Shown in pieces: positions 8,715-19,101 of a stretch of DNA of 32,000 nucleotides. Within the stretch, counting starts at the first letter, position 1. Each line of letters starts with the position of its first letter. The notes under the pieces were generated by a model. The model was not told the DNA's origin. It worked only from the letters and a program-made list of their open reading frames with translations, and made no database searches. Source of the DNA: Promethearchaeum syntrophicum (lineage in GTDB: Archaea; Asgardarchaeota; Lokiarchaeia; Sigyniarchaeales; Promethearchaeaceae); assembly GCF_008000775.2 (NCBI RefSeq), contig NZ_CP042905.2, positions 1,560,001 through 1,592,000 on the forward strand, given 5' to 3'. Position numbers and translations under genes: made by a program.

Positions 8715-10241
8715 ATGACAAATGATGATGAATCTTCTAAAATTTTAATGTTAATGGCCCATCGGGGATTTATTTGGGGACCCTCACCAGAAATTTATAA
8801 CCCCGTCAAAGGATCTTATGAATTTGGCCCGCTCGGAAAACTAATGAAAAATAATCTAGAAAATTATATACGAAAATTATTTCGCAAACATAATTTTTGG
8901 GAAGTCCAATGCCCCCTAATCAGTCCAGAAATTGTTTGGAAAGCGTCCGGGCATGTTGAGCGATTCTTCGATTATATTATTCAATGTGAGAATAAGGATT
9001 GTAACAATTTATTCCGAGTTGACACAATGCTCGAACAAATGGGATATGATCTTACAGAAATTAATTTGAACGAATTACAGGAATTTATCGAAAAAGAAAA
9101 AATAAAATGCCCCGATTGTGAGGGAAATCTGGGAGAGGTCGCCAAACAGAATTTGATGATCACTTCAAAATTAGGATTTCCATCATCTGAATATATTTTG
9201 CGCCCAGAAACTGCTACTACAACCTATTTAACCTTTCCTCGACTTTACAATTTTAATCGAACCAACCTCCCGATTTTTGTATTTCAAATGGGATATGCAT
9301 TTCGCAATGAAATATCTCCCCGAAAAATGCTGCTTCGAACACGAGAATTTGAGCAATGTGAAGGCCAAATATTCATTCGCCCAGATCAAGAGTTAAATTT
9401 TGAACCCTATGAAGAAAGAAAGAATTACAAGATCAAAATGTGGTCTGCAAAAGCGCAGGAACAAAATGATAAAAAAAGCGTTAAAATCACCCTAGAAAAA
9501 GCAATTGAACAAAAAATAATTCAAAAACCTGCTTACGCCTGGTTACTATATTTAGCATACGATCTGGTTAAAGGTTTAAACATTCCTGAAAAAAATATAC
9601 GACTCAGACAACATAAAGATGATGAAAAAGCTCATTACGCGCATGATGCTTGGGATATCGAAATCAAATCCAAAATCTATGGTTGGACTGAGGTCTGTGG
9701 TGTACATGATCGTGGAGATTATGATTTGACGCGCCATCAGAAATATTCAAAGAAAAAACAGCTTTTTGTCCCAGGAGTCAAGAAAGGAGAAAAAATAATT
9801 CCGCACGTCTTAGAAATTGCTTTTGGTGTTGGAAGATTATTCTTTTTTGCACTAGAGCAAGCTTTTAAGTTTGAAAAAGAACGAAATCTGCTTGATCTTC
9901 ATATTCAAATAACTCCCGTTCCATTTGCTGTATTTCCACTTATGAAGAAACCGGCAGAATTACAACAAATTTCACGCAAAATCTATGAAGATTTAATTGA
10001 AAACGATATAAGCGCAATTTATGATATCGCTGGGTCGATTGGGAAACGTTATCGCCGAACTGAAGAAATAGGTGTTCGATATGCCTTCACGATAGACCAT
10101 CAAAGTATCGAAGATAAAACAGTGACAATCAGAAATATTGAAGATATGTCTCAGAAACGTGTTAAAATTGACGAGCTTATTCAATTAGCAACAAATCTTT
10201 TACATAATAAAACTACTTTTGAAGATATTCCTGAAATTTAA
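8715..10241 (+). CDS. glyS: Glycyl-tRNA synthetase (archaeal/eukaryotic-type single chain)
   Basis: MAHRGFIWGPSPEIYNPVKGSYEFGPLG, LRPETATTTYLTFPRLY, VFQMGYAFRNEISPRKMLLRTREFEQCE. Track ORF begins at a TTG at 8703; ATG at 8715. Confidence 0.96.
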   Translation: MTNDDESSKILMLMAHRGFIWGPSPEIYNPVKGSYEFGPLGKLMKNNLENYIRKLFRKHNFWEVQCPLISPEIVWKASGHVERFFDYIIQCENKDCNNLFRVDTMLEQMGYDLTEINLNELQEFIEKEKIKCPDCEGNLGEVAKQNLMITSKLGFPSSEYILRPETATTTYLTFPRLYNFNRTNLPIFVFQMGYAFRNEISPRKMLLRTREFEQCEGQIFIRPDQELNFEPYEERKNYKIKMWSAKAQEQNDKKSVKITLEKAIEQKIIQKPAYAWLLYLAYDLVKGLNIPEKNIRLRQHKDDEKAHYAHDAWDIEIKSKIYGWTEVCGVHDRGDYDLTRHQKYSKKKQLFVPGVKKGEKIIPHVLEIAFGVGRLFFFALEQAFKFEKERNLLDLHIQITPVPFAVFPLMKKPAELQQISRKIYEDLIENDISAIYDIAGSIGKRYRRTEEIGVRYAFTIDHQSIEDKTVTIRNIEDMSQKRVKIDELIQLATNLLHNKTTFEDIPEI

Positions 10242-10317
10242 AGAGTTTTTTTTTATTAAGATATTTCTTTTCAATCTCAGTTTTCAATGAATTTATTTTT
10301 GTCGAAATAAAAGATTT

Positions 10318-10340
10318 ACAAGGAGCCGATTCTTCCTTGT
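10318..10340. repeat. Short inverted repeat ACAAGGA-(9)-TCCTTGT just upstream of the transposase ORF
   Basis: Perfect 7-bp arms with 9-nt loop, read directly; ends 4 bp before the transposase start. Confidence 0.45.
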
Positions 10341-10344
10341 AATC

Positions 10345-11679
10345 ATGCAATCTGTAACAACAAGCGGATTGGAGTTCCCGCTCCACCCCGCAGAAGAATC
10401 ATGCCCATATGATTATTGGCTGCCATGGCTAAAAAATCTTGCTCTAGAAATTATCAACCAAACTCATCTCTCAAAACGAAAAGGATATAAGTATTCCGCT
10501 GAAGATTTTTGGGAAATATTAATACTTCATTCCCTCATGGATCTTTCATTAGATGAAGCTTCTGATGAGTTGAATAAATTACTTTGGCAGAAGGAAAATG
10601 CCACCCGTCGCAGGAAAATTCAACCGAGACAATTTTTAGGAGAACTTGTACGGCGGGAAAGAAAGTGCCCTAATGGAGATCAAGTACGCAAATATCGGCA
10701 ATCACTCCCACTTTGGATATTAAATAGATTAAATGATATGATATTTGATGCCCAACTCAATTATGCTCTTCAAAATGGATTTATTTCCCATCAAATTGAC
10801 TTGTTAATTGATAATACTGATCAATGGTACTATGGATCAGAGCGATTTCCTCAAAATCCATTCCTTACAAAAGGTTATAATGGCCCTGGCACATCTCGTA
10901 AACGAAATTATCTTGGTCTGATGATAAAAAGCAAAGGAACCAGCTTATTTGTTGGAATTCATCTCATTAAAAGAAAGCACTCAAATGTCCCAAAAATCCT
11001 TCATTGCATTGATAGAATAATTCAACATGGGTTTAATGTTAGAGCTGTGATAGGTGATCGATGGTTCCCGACCTATGAATTATTGTCCGAATTAAATCCG
11101 CGTGGGATCCATTATATTGGCCCCTATCGAAAGTGGAAGCCAATTAAACGGCTTTTAGAACGTTATTTAAAAAAAGATATTCACTATATTCAATCATACA
11201 TCGTTCGAGGCGCACCAAAGAAATTTTATCACTTGCCAGGGATCCACGTGTGGTTAATTTTTACCAATCGACAAGGTCGGCGGTTACGGGATATTCGACA
11301 GGATTTCAAACAAAGAAGGATTGATTTAACTGAAGCAATGAAGGAAATAATGGTGATGATGACTACAAAGCCTCCACCTAGATGCAAAAAGGCTCAACAA
11401 GGTTGGGCTTCAAGTATTTGTCAAAAATATGATCGTCGGTGGCAAATTGAGACTGGTTTTCGGGATATAAATCGACTTGGTCCGCCATCCAATGCACATA
11501 CAAATGCCCGGAAATTAACAATGCGTTCAGTTCAATACTGGCTTTATAATGCATGGCAAATTGAGAAAGCTCGAAGGAGGCGACAACATAATATGTTAAA
11601 AAGTTGGAAACGAGGCCCTACCCTTCGACAATTCTCATTTATTCAAACTCAACTTCGGTTAGTGGAGAAGAAAATTTAA
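10345..11679 (+). mobile_element. DDE-type transposase gene (IS4-superfamily-like; exact family not assigned)
   Basis: 444 aa; DNTDQWYYGS, AVIGDRWFPTYELL (second Asp) and RRWQIETGFRDINRL (YREK-like Glu region); basic C-terminus. Element ends were not identified. Confidence 0.85.
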
Positions 11680-11864
11680 AACAAGTTCAAATGCAAGAAA
11701 TCTACTTTAATCAACCCAAAATAAATGGAGGAAATAAGAAAAATTTAAATTAATCATTCACTGAATCTATATCCTATCAATTATTTTTATTTACAGCTTT
11801 CTTTAAAGAGATATTTTTATATTTTTTATAGCAAGTTTTTTATATTTGTTTTTGTATTTTTTCA

Positions 11865-12209
11865 ATGATGGAACAAATAAATTTTCGATTATTAAAAGAT
11901 GAAAAAGAAATTTTAACAACAATTGCACGTTCACGAGGTGTATCTGTAGCAGAATTTGCCAAAAAAGCAGTTTTAAAAGAAATTACTCCATTAAGATTAG
12001 AATTAGCATTTAGATTATTGAAAGAAGGAAAAATTGGATTTAAAAGGGCATGGAAGATTTCAGGGTTAACATATCATGAATTTTTAATTAAATGGAGTAA
12101 TCGAGGAGCTGAAGAAAAAATCAGCCAAAAATCAGAAGAAAAAGGTTTGAAATATGCATTATCTTTTGATTTGGAACCCTTTTTAAAGATAAATGAAAAT
12201 AAGGAATAA
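11865..12209 (+). CDS. UPF0175-like / VapB-like antitoxin protein
   Basis: 114 aa; RLELAFRLLKEGKIGFKRAWKISGLTYHEFLIKW resembles the UPF0175 helical core, preceded by a ribbon-helix-helix-like segment; partner of the following PIN-like ORF. Confidence 0.68.
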   Translation: MMEQINFRLLKDEKEILTTIARSRGVSVAEFAKKAVLKEITPLRLELAFRLLKEGKIGFKRAWKISGLTYHEFLIKWSNRGAEEKISQKSEEKGLKYALSFDLEPFLKINENKE

Positions 12210-12233
12210 ATTCATCAATAAATTGGAATTATT

Positions 12234-12734
12234 ATGATTTTCTTAACAGATACATGCTTTTGGACCCATTTATTCGATTTATATTCATTCGGGAAAATAG
12301 ATTTAAGGAAATATTTAGTGAATTTAAAATGGGGTTTAACCAAAGAAGTATTAAACGAAATAGCTGCATTAAATATGGATTCTTATTTTCCAAAATCAGA
12401 TTCTTACATTATTCCATTAAATAAAACAGAACTCATAAATTTTCTTCACAAATATCCTTTTCTTTCAGAGTTAGATAGAGCAGATCAAACTTTAGCTGCA
12501 ACTGCATATAGAGATAAATTAACATTAATAACTGATGATGGAGGTTTGTTCATGGTCTCTCAAGCAATGGGTATTTCATCTCTAAGATTGCCCCATTTTT
12601 GCATACTACTTACAAAGGAGGGAATAATAACCAAAAATTTAATGTTCAGAATAATGAAGTATTGGAAATCAATCAATAGATATTTGAAACAAGATTTAAA
12701 AAAATGGGAGTCAGCTTTACATGATATTCGATAA
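12234..12734 (+). CDS. PIN-like toxin protein (DUF3368-type candidate)
   Basis: 166 aa; MIFLTDTCFWTHLFDL, SELDRADQTLAATAYRDKLTLITDDGGLF acidic motifs; 24 bp after the UPF0175-like ORF. Confidence 0.68.
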   Translation: MIFLTDTCFWTHLFDLYSFGKIDLRKYLVNLKWGLTKEVLNEIAALNMDSYFPKSDSYIIPLNKTELINFLHKYPFLSELDRADQTLAATAYRDKLTLITDDGGLFMVSQAMGISSLRLPHFCILLTKEGIITKNLMFRIMKYWKSINRYLKQDLKKWESALHDIR

Positions 12735-13205
12735 TATTTGGAGGGAATTTTCTTATTTTAGCAAGTTTCAATAGTAGTTGAAGCTCAATATTCGAAAATT
12801 TTTAGACAGCCATTGGCAGTCTCAAATGTTAATGCATAGTATGTTTGATTTTCCCTATAAAAAACGTAAAAGTATATTTTTCGGTAAAATAATGTTGTTT
12901 TTGTCCCGATCAAAGGGATTTAGAAAAGAAGTTAACCGACGAATGAAATCTCAAATAGTAGGTCCAATTAACCGGTTCGTTGATAAATTATAAATTATTG
13001 TTTTTTATATTTAAATAATTCTTACTTTATTACCAAAAATTGGCTTTTCCAAGGAATTTAGAAATGATTAGAAAAGAACCTTTAATATTGCATTTGAATA
13101 TTTCAAAAATTTGTATTTGTAACGAATATCATCAAAAATGTGGTCTGAAAATAGTCTAAAGATAAAAAAATCAATATATAAAAAATAAGTTAATCTTAAA
13201 TTTTC

Positions 13206-14696
13206 TTATAAATTATAAATTGAGCGATATTTTTCATTCAAATAATCCAGGAAATATTTCGTATCCGGGGGTTGATTGCAGATTTTCTCCATTAAATCTA
13301 TTGGATCATATAGACTTCCTTTATTATGAACGTTTGAAACCAACCAATTTCTAATTTTGCTAAAATCTCCTGAAGCAAGTTGCTCTTCCCAATTGGGGAT
13401 ACTGGTTTTCATGGTTGCCAACATTTGACTATTATAGATGTTACCTAATGCATACGTTGGAAAATATCCAAATAAACCTGCATACCAATGAGTATCTTGT
13501 AATACCCCTTCCGCATCATTTTCAATTTTCATTCCCAAATATTTTTCCATTTTGTCATTCCAAATACTTGGTAATTCGGCAACAGATATTTTCCCGGCAA
13601 TCAAATCTTGTTCAATTTCAAACCGAAGAATTATATGCAAATTATATGTAACCTCATCGGCGTAAATGCGAATTTTACTCGGGATAATTGCATTAACACT
13701 TTTAATGAACGTATCCGTATCCACCGATTGAAAAGCAGGCATATATTTCTGAACTACATTTGGATAAAAATTTTTTAGAAAAGTGGGGTTTTTTCCAACT
13801 ATATTTTCACAAAATCGACTTTGGCTTTCATGAATACCCATCGAGACTGTATCTCCAACTGCAGTATACCAATGCTCTTCTGGGGTATTTAAATTGTATA
13901 ATGCATGACCTCCCTCATGAAAGGTCGAATATATGGCTGCTGTCGGATCCTCTTGATAATGAGTGGTAATGCGGACATCTTTTGCATAACCAGTGGTAAA
14001 TGGATGTTCCGCTTCATCTACCCGTGATCGATTTGGGGGCAATCCAAGAAAATTCATTATCCACTTAGATACATGTTTTTGGGCGTCAACAGGAATATTT
14101 TTATCGAAGATAGAAATATCAGGAGGATTATCTGCAACTGCGTCTTGGTATTTCTTGATTAATTTGATGACACCATCCCTTAACGGCGTGAAATAGCTAT
14201 TAATACCTGCTGCGGTCATTTTTGGTTCATATTCATCCAACAATACATCATACATGGGTTTTTCCGCATCTAATGCTTGGGCTCTTTCTTTAACTAACTC
14301 CAGTAATATCTCCAGATCTGGCTTTACAAGTCCGAAATCTTGTTTCCTCTTTGCCTCATACCATTTACCTTCGGTTTTTGTAGATTGTTTTGTTAATCTA
14401 ATCACAAGGTCTGCTGGGATTTTAGTTTCACGATCATAATCGCGCTTCCAGAGTTCTACATTTCTTTGTTGAATCTTTTCTAACCCAGAACATTGTGAAA
14501 TTAATTTCCCAATTTGGGGGTCTGTCATTTTAACGTGAGTAATTTTACCTAAAGTTGATAATGCTTCACCTCGTTGTTCAATGCCTTCAGAAGGCATGTA
14601 GGTGCGCATATCCCAACCAAGAATCGAAGAACAATTTGAAAGTAGCCTTACTTCCTTCATTTTTTTACTCAATTCATCATAAGTAGTGTGAGTCAT
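13206..14696 (-). CDS. Carboxypeptidase Taq (M32) family metallopeptidase
   Basis: 496 aa; zinc motif TFHEGGHALYN and downstream MGIHESQSRFCENIVGKNPTF. Confidence 0.93.
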   Translation of the reverse strand: MTHTTYDELSKKMKEVRLLSNCSSILGWDMRTYMPSEGIEQRGEALSTLGKITHVKMTDPQIGKLISQCSGLEKIQQRNVELWKRDYDRETKIPADLVIRLTKQSTKTEGKWYEAKRKQDFGLVKPDLEILLELVKERAQALDAEKPMYDVLLDEYEPKMTAAGINSYFTPLRDGVIKLIKKYQDAVADNPPDISIFDKNIPVDAQKHVSKWIMNFLGLPPNRSRVDEAEHPFTTGYAKDVRITTHYQEDPTAAIYSTFHEGGHALYNLNTPEEHWYTAVGDTVSMGIHESQSRFCENIVGKNPTFLKNFYPNVVQKYMPAFQSVDTDTFIKSVNAIIPSKIRIYADEVTYNLHIILRFEIEQDLIAGKISVAELPSIWNDKMEKYLGMKIENDAEGVLQDTHWYAGLFGYFPTYALGNIYNSQMLATMKTSIPNWEEQLASGDFSKIRNWLVSNVHNKGSLYDPIDLMEKICNQPPDTKYFLDYLNEKYRSIYNL

Positions 14697-14776
14697 AAAT
14701 GATGATCATGAAGGAAAATATTAAAATTCATATAAATTGAAATAAAAAAAAATCAAAGAAAAAAAACCTCATCTAA

Positions 14777-16177
14777 CTATTCGCTCTTGGAATTCTTTAA
14801 ATATTCCAAATAATCATTCTCTTTTTGAATATGGATTTTGGATATGTCTTCCTTCTTAGAATTCCATTCTTTTCCATGCAAAGGATACCAAAGAAATAAA
14901 ATTGTAGCGATAAAGAAGAAAATTGCAGGAACAAGGAAGAAACCAAGCATGATTCCATCTTTAGCATGATCGGTTTGGGTGTTGAGAGTTTCATCAAAAC
15001 CATATGCAGTAAAGATAGTTAAATAAAGCCAATTAGCTATGCTGATTGAAGGCTTCATAAATAGTGCATTTATACCAGCATAGGTTGTTTCTCTTCGTTT
15101 TCCAGTTAGCGTTTCGTCGTAATCTATAAGGTCTCCCATAATTGGCTGTTCGCTAACAACTCGCGCAGCAAATCCAATCCCAATAAAAATCATGATAATA
15201 ACTGCAGGAACTAATGTATTGGCTAAAAAGAACGCAATTAGGAAAATTATAGATGTTATTAAGAGTCCCGCAAATTGGATTTTCTTTAATCCATATTTTG
15301 AGATATATAAGCTGAAAACAAAAGTAAAAATAAAAAGTGATAAAAACACAATCACAATTGGCACCATTGCCATGAATTCTTCTAATTGGAGAATAAATTG
15401 AATATAATAGAAAATACCAGAGAGTAATGTGGTATATCCAATCACCCACATAAAGTTGCTACTTTCAAAGATTAAAAATGGCTTATTTTTCAGACAAGCT
15501 TTTAACGAATCGATGATTCCTAATGTGTCTTCTTTTTGCGTATAATCATTTTCATATAAGAAATAACTCCCAACAAACATGATTACTGAAGATATTATTC
15601 CTACAATAATCATTGCTGGTCGAAAAGCAGGATCGAGTTCAGTAGTTTCACCTGTTAAAAGAAACATCGGGAGGGCCATGGAAACTAAAACACCTAAAGC
15701 ACCAAGAATTGTAGTATATACGCCTAAATTTGCTCGGGATTTTGCTGTTATTGCCATTTCAGCAGGCAAAGAATATGTCACAAGACCGACGAGCGTAAAG
15801 ATCGAATCAAATACAAATAATACAACTATGAAATTTAGAACAAGGGCAGTTTGAGAGTTCCCAAAAAACGGAAACCACGAGAGGATGAATAAAAATCCAT
15901 AAATAAATGCTCCATAACGGATATAGGGGATTCTTCTGCCAATTTTTGTTTTGGTTCGCTCTTCTAATATTCCAAAAAGAGGGTCGTTAATGGCGTTCCA
16001 AAATCCAAATATCAACCATGCAATCCCAATTAAATCCGAAGATAGCCCCAATTTTATATTATAAAAAAAAGTAATACTCCCAAAGACGGTCCCTTCAAGG
16101 GCAGATGATGCAGTTCCTATTAACCCGAAAGCCCATTTCGTCTTTCTGGGAATTTCATCGTTATAATTTTCTCCCAT
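14777..16177 (-). CDS. MFS transporter, GPH (glycoside-pentoside-hexuronide)-like family
   Basis: 466 aa, ~12 hydrophobic segments; NDPLFGILEERTKTKIGRRIPYI and MGDLIDYDETLTGKRRETTYAGI are GPH-type signatures. Confidence 0.85.
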   Translation of the reverse strand: MGENYNDEIPRKTKWAFGLIGTASSALEGTVFGSITFFYNIKLGLSSDLIGIAWLIFGFWNAINDPLFGILEERTKTKIGRRIPYIRYGAFIYGFLFILSWFPFFGNSQTALVLNFIVVLFVFDSIFTLVGLVTYSLPAEMAITAKSRANLGVYTTILGALGVLVSMALPMFLLTGETTELDPAFRPAMIIVGIISSVIMFVGSYFLYENDYTQKEDTLGIIDSLKACLKNKPFLIFESSNFMWVIGYTTLLSGIFYYIQFILQLEEFMAMVPIVIVFLSLFIFTFVFSLYISKYGLKKIQFAGLLITSIIFLIAFFLANTLVPAVIIMIFIGIGFAARVVSEQPIMGDLIDYDETLTGKRRETTYAGINALFMKPSISIANWLYLTIFTAYGFDETLNTQTDHAKDGIMLGFFLVPAIFFFIATILFLWYPLHGKEWNSKKEDISKIHIQKENDYLEYLKNSKSE

Positions 16178-16293
16178 ATTTCTTATTGAATTTCTATCTT
16201 TTTAATTGGGATCTTAAATATCTGACAAAATTAATAAAGGTAATACAGAAATTGATGAAAAAAATAAAAGAACCTTAACTATTACAATGATTA

Positions 16294-16764
16294 TTACTTC
16301 TTTTTTGATGAATCATACACCCCATATTTAATTGCTATACCGAATGAACCTATTGATAGAAAAAGAAGCCTAGAAACAGCAAAAGAAATAATTAGGTTTA
16401 TGATATAAATCCCAATTCTCATGATTTGATTCAAATTAAAATTTTTTCTCTTGGGGATTGTATAAATTCCATTTGCAATATTTATTGAAGATACCCCTAA
16501 GATGCTAAAGGTACTATAATAATTTGTATAGATATAAGGATAATTACTTAGATACGTGATCCTATCAATTACGCCGAAAAAAATACCATACAGATTTGAC
16601 AGAACAAAATTTGAGACCTGGATCTTCCAAAATAAATGTTTTATTAACCTATTTTGGGAATTCTTTGGTTCAATTTCTGATGAATTTATGTTCAATTTTT
16701 CCCCAATTTTTTCGATTTTTTTCTTATCCATATTTTTTTTGCACCTTACTATTATTTTGATCAT
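16294..16764 (-). CDS. Small membrane protein, tandem paralog 1 of 3
   Basis: 156 aa; shares IEKIGEKLNINSSEIE, NFVLSNLYG, LGVSSINIANGIYTI and terminal YGVYDSSKKK with the next two ORFs; overlaps the upstream ORF by 4 bp. Confidence 0.8.
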   Translation of the reverse strand: MIKIIVRCKKNMDKKKIEKIGEKLNINSSEIEPKNSQNRLIKHLFWKIQVSNFVLSNLYGIFFGVIDRITYLSNYPYIYTNYYSTFSILGVSSINIANGIYTIPKRKNFNLNQIMRIGIYIINLIISFAVSRLLFLSIGSFGIAIKYGVYDSSKKK

Positions 16765-17252
16765 ACCTTCTGTTTTGATGAATCATATACATCATAATCC
16801 ATTGCCATACCCAATAGACCTGAAGATGATGCACTTAAACTATAAAAGACCCAATAGCCGATAAGTGAAAGAATGAGATTCATGCTAAATATTAATATTC
16901 GTTGTATTTTTTTTGAAATAGAATTAGATTTTTGAAGTATTGTCAATATTCCATTTGTTAAATTGACGGATGAAACACCTAATAACCCCATTTTTGCATT
17001 CTTTGTTTGAAATGGATAAAAACTCTGATAACTTTGTTCAAATAAACCAAATATAATGCCTAGAAGGCTCGATAGAACAAAATTTGTTATGTTTATAATC
17101 CAAAATGAGTGTTTTTTAAACCAATTGGGAGATTTTCTTTTTTTAATTTCTGAAGAATTTACATTCAATTTTTCGCCAATTTCATCAATTCTTTTTTCAT
17201 CCATATACTTTCTACACCTTTTTATTTTCAAATTTATTCTTAAAAAAATCAA
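16761..17252 (-). CDS. Small membrane protein, tandem paralog 2 of 3
   Basis: 163 aa; IDEIGEKLNVNSSEIK, NFVLSSLLGIIFGLFEQSYQSFYPF, LLGVSSVNLTNGILTI, C-terminal YDVYDSSKQKV. Confidence 0.8.
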   Translation of the reverse strand: MIFLRINLKIKRCRKYMDEKRIDEIGEKLNVNSSEIKKRKSPNWFKKHSFWIINITNFVLSSLLGIIFGLFEQSYQSFYPFQTKNAKMGLLGVSSVNLTNGILTILQKSNSISKKIQRILIFSMNLILSLIGYWVFYSLSASSSGLLGMAMDYDVYDSSKQKV

Positions 17253-17261
17253 AGAACCTTC

Positions 17262-17708
17262 TTATTGCTTCTTTTTTGATGAATCATAGACATTATATAG
17301 AATTGGGTTAGACAGTTGATCTGAGGATGCAACTAAACTATATAAGAATCCATATCCGATAATTGAAAGAATGAGATTTATACTAAATATCAATATTCTC
17401 TGCTGTTTTCGTAATATAGAATGAGGTCTTTGAGGAATAGTTAATATTCCATTTGTTATATTAACAGGAAACACACCCAATAATCCAATCATTCCTTTTT
17501 CACTAAAAATAAATGGATAATGGCTCTGATATCGATGTTCAAACAAACCAGAAATCAACCCAATTGTGCTTGAAAGTATTAAATTCAAAGCGTTTAGAAC
17601 CCAAAAAGAGTTTTTTTTTTTTGATCTAATTTTATTTTGCTCTTTTTCTATTTCAGAGGGTTCAACATCCAGTTTTTTACCAATTTCTTGTATTTTTTCA
17701 TTTTCCAT
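17262..17708 (-). CDS. Small membrane protein, tandem paralog 3 of 3
   Basis: 148 aa; IQEIGKKLDVEPSEIEKE, NLILSSTIGLISGLFEHRYQSHYPF, LLGVFPVNITNGILTI, C-terminal YNVYDSSKKKQ. Confidence 0.8.
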   Translation of the reverse strand: MENEKIQEIGKKLDVEPSEIEKEQNKIRSKKKNSFWVLNALNLILSSTIGLISGLFEHRYQSHYPFIFSEKGMIGLLGVFPVNITNGILTIPQRPHSILRKQQRILIFSINLILSIIGYGFLYSLVASSDQLSNPILYNVYDSSKKKQ

Positions 17709-17733
17709 ACTTATTCACTTCAATTTTTTTTTT

Positions 17734-19029
17734 TTAATTTCTTATTTGTATCGGATTCTCAATCTTTATTTGAGAATTATTATGACTAAAATTTAACAAT
17801 TCATTTTTTATCAGTTGGTAAATTTTTCTGTCTTTTTCTTGCATTAATGCTTGGTGATAATAATTCAAGGTTTTATATTTTCTTTCATCAAGCAATATAC
17901 TTAATCTAGCTAAATTCCAATTATTTAGAGCATTATTTGGAACAAAATCTAGTGATTTTTTAAAAAATGTGTAGGATTTATTATGATCTTTAGAAGCAAA
18001 TGATTTTATCCCTAAATTTGTTAATTTCAGGGATTTGATATCTATAACTTCTAAGCTGAAGTAATCGCAGTCTTCTCCTTGAGTATTTGAAAGATATGTA
18101 AAGGTATCAGAGATATTCTCGTTATTAGTATTAGTAGTTAAAAATTTTGAGAGTCTATCTATCCAATAATCTTGGAATCGAGTGAAATTCAAAATTAAAT
18201 CTTTTTCTTCCTTCTTCCATTTCATCCAGACCGATAGAAATATTGTTGGAGAATTAATTTTTTCAAGATAATCGAGAATTTCTGTTTTAATACTATGCAC
18301 TCGGACTTTAGGTAGAAGGGATAGGAAAATTTTCGCAATTTTTGGATGAAATAATGAGAATAGTGCAATCATTGAAACGATGTTTTTTATTGAGAAAAAA
18401 TCTCGATTATCGTAATCATACTGTTTCTCAATCACGTTGATGCAGTTTTTTTCTACTGCATCTAAGAATAATACATCAAACTCCTTGAATTCATTATATA
18501 TCATCCATCTGAAAGTAGCAGTTAACCCTTTTTTATCCAATAGAGAAATTTTTTCAGGTTTTTGGGCTATGATTCGGAAACTTTTTTGATCTTTAAAGCT
18601 CTGTGATTTAATGAAATTTACATGAACAAATCCTGTGGAAATTAAAATATCCTTAAGAAATTTAGGAATTAGACCAATTTTATGAGTATTTCCGGGTAGA
18701 TCAACTCCAAATAAAAAACGTAAGGTATTTCTCTTTTTCAAATTATTTCTTGTTAAAAGTCTTAAATATCCTTTGAAAAAGTTGGGAGCTTCGATAACTA
18801 ATTTTCCATTTGGTTTAAGCACGCGAAACCATTCTGCAATTAAAAAAGGAAGGGTTATGACATCAAAATGCTCGAGTATATGCGAGGCTTCAATATCATC
18901 AACACCATTATCTTCATATTGTAAATGACGTATATCAGTAACTACATCTGCAATTTCAGATTCAAACATATCGATGTTGATATATCCTGGTTTATAATAA
19001 ATCCCGCAGCCCAAATTTAATTTAATCAT
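17734..19029 (-). CDS. Class I SAM-dependent methyltransferase with helical-repeat-like C-terminal extension
   Basis: 431 aa; MIKLNLGCGIYYKPGYINIDMF, VDDIEASHILEHF, EWFRVLKPNGKLVIEAPNF; C-terminal LSILLDERKYKTLNYYHQALMQEKDRKIY resembles TPR-like helices. Confidence 0.82.
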   Translation of the reverse strand: MIKLNLGCGIYYKPGYINIDMFESEIADVVTDIRHLQYEDNGVDDIEASHILEHFDVITLPFLIAEWFRVLKPNGKLVIEAPNFFKGYLRLLTRNNLKKRNTLRFLFGVDLPGNTHKIGLIPKFLKDILISTGFVHVNFIKSQSFKDQKSFRIIAQKPEKISLLDKKGLTATFRWMIYNEFKEFDVLFLDAVEKNCINVIEKQYDYDNRDFFSIKNIVSMIALFSLFHPKIAKIFLSLLPKVRVHSIKTEILDYLEKINSPTIFLSVWMKWKKEEKDLILNFTRFQDYWIDRLSKFLTTNTNNENISDTFTYLSNTQGEDCDYFSLEVIDIKSLKLTNLGIKSFASKDHNKSYTFFKKSLDFVPNNALNNWNLARLSILLDERKYKTLNYYHQALMQEKDRKIYQLIKNELLNFSHNNSQIKIENPIQIRN

Positions 19030-19101
19030 ATGATTTTTTCACAACTATCTTATTTCATTATCCTTTCTTTTTTCTCTCATCAGTAGATTCAATATTATTT
19101 T

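Noticed and set aside
8981-10184. Minus-strand ORFs at 8981..9163 and 9993..10184 inside glyS
   Set aside because: Antisense to conserved glycyl-tRNA synthetase sequence.
10241-11860. Terminal inverted repeats or target-site duplications of the transposase element
   Set aside because: I compared both flanks by eye and found no convincing matching termini; the ACAAGGA/TCCTTGT hairpin is local and not mirrored downstream.
12778-12993. 71-aa ORF MKLNIRKFLDSHWQSQMLMHSMFDFPYKKRKS...
   Set aside because: No recognisable family and no supporting signals; could be a fragment, so not listed as a gene.
13000-13200. Possible C/D-box guide RNA (TGATGAT on the minus strand near 13130)
   Set aside because: A C-box-like string exists, but no properly spaced D box (CTGA) or internal C'/D' pair was seen.
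13415-14439. Plus-strand ORFs at 13415, 13760, 13993 and 14254 inside the M32 peptidase gene
   Set aside because: Overlap a conserved metallopeptidase on the opposite strand, including the zinc-site region; no domain content.
16556-17796. Plus-strand ORFs at 16556..16864, 17056..17289 and 17566..17796, which resemble each other
   Set aside because: Their similarity (RTKF.../FLISEEFTFNFSPI...) is the antisense reflection of the three tandem paralogs; not independent genes.
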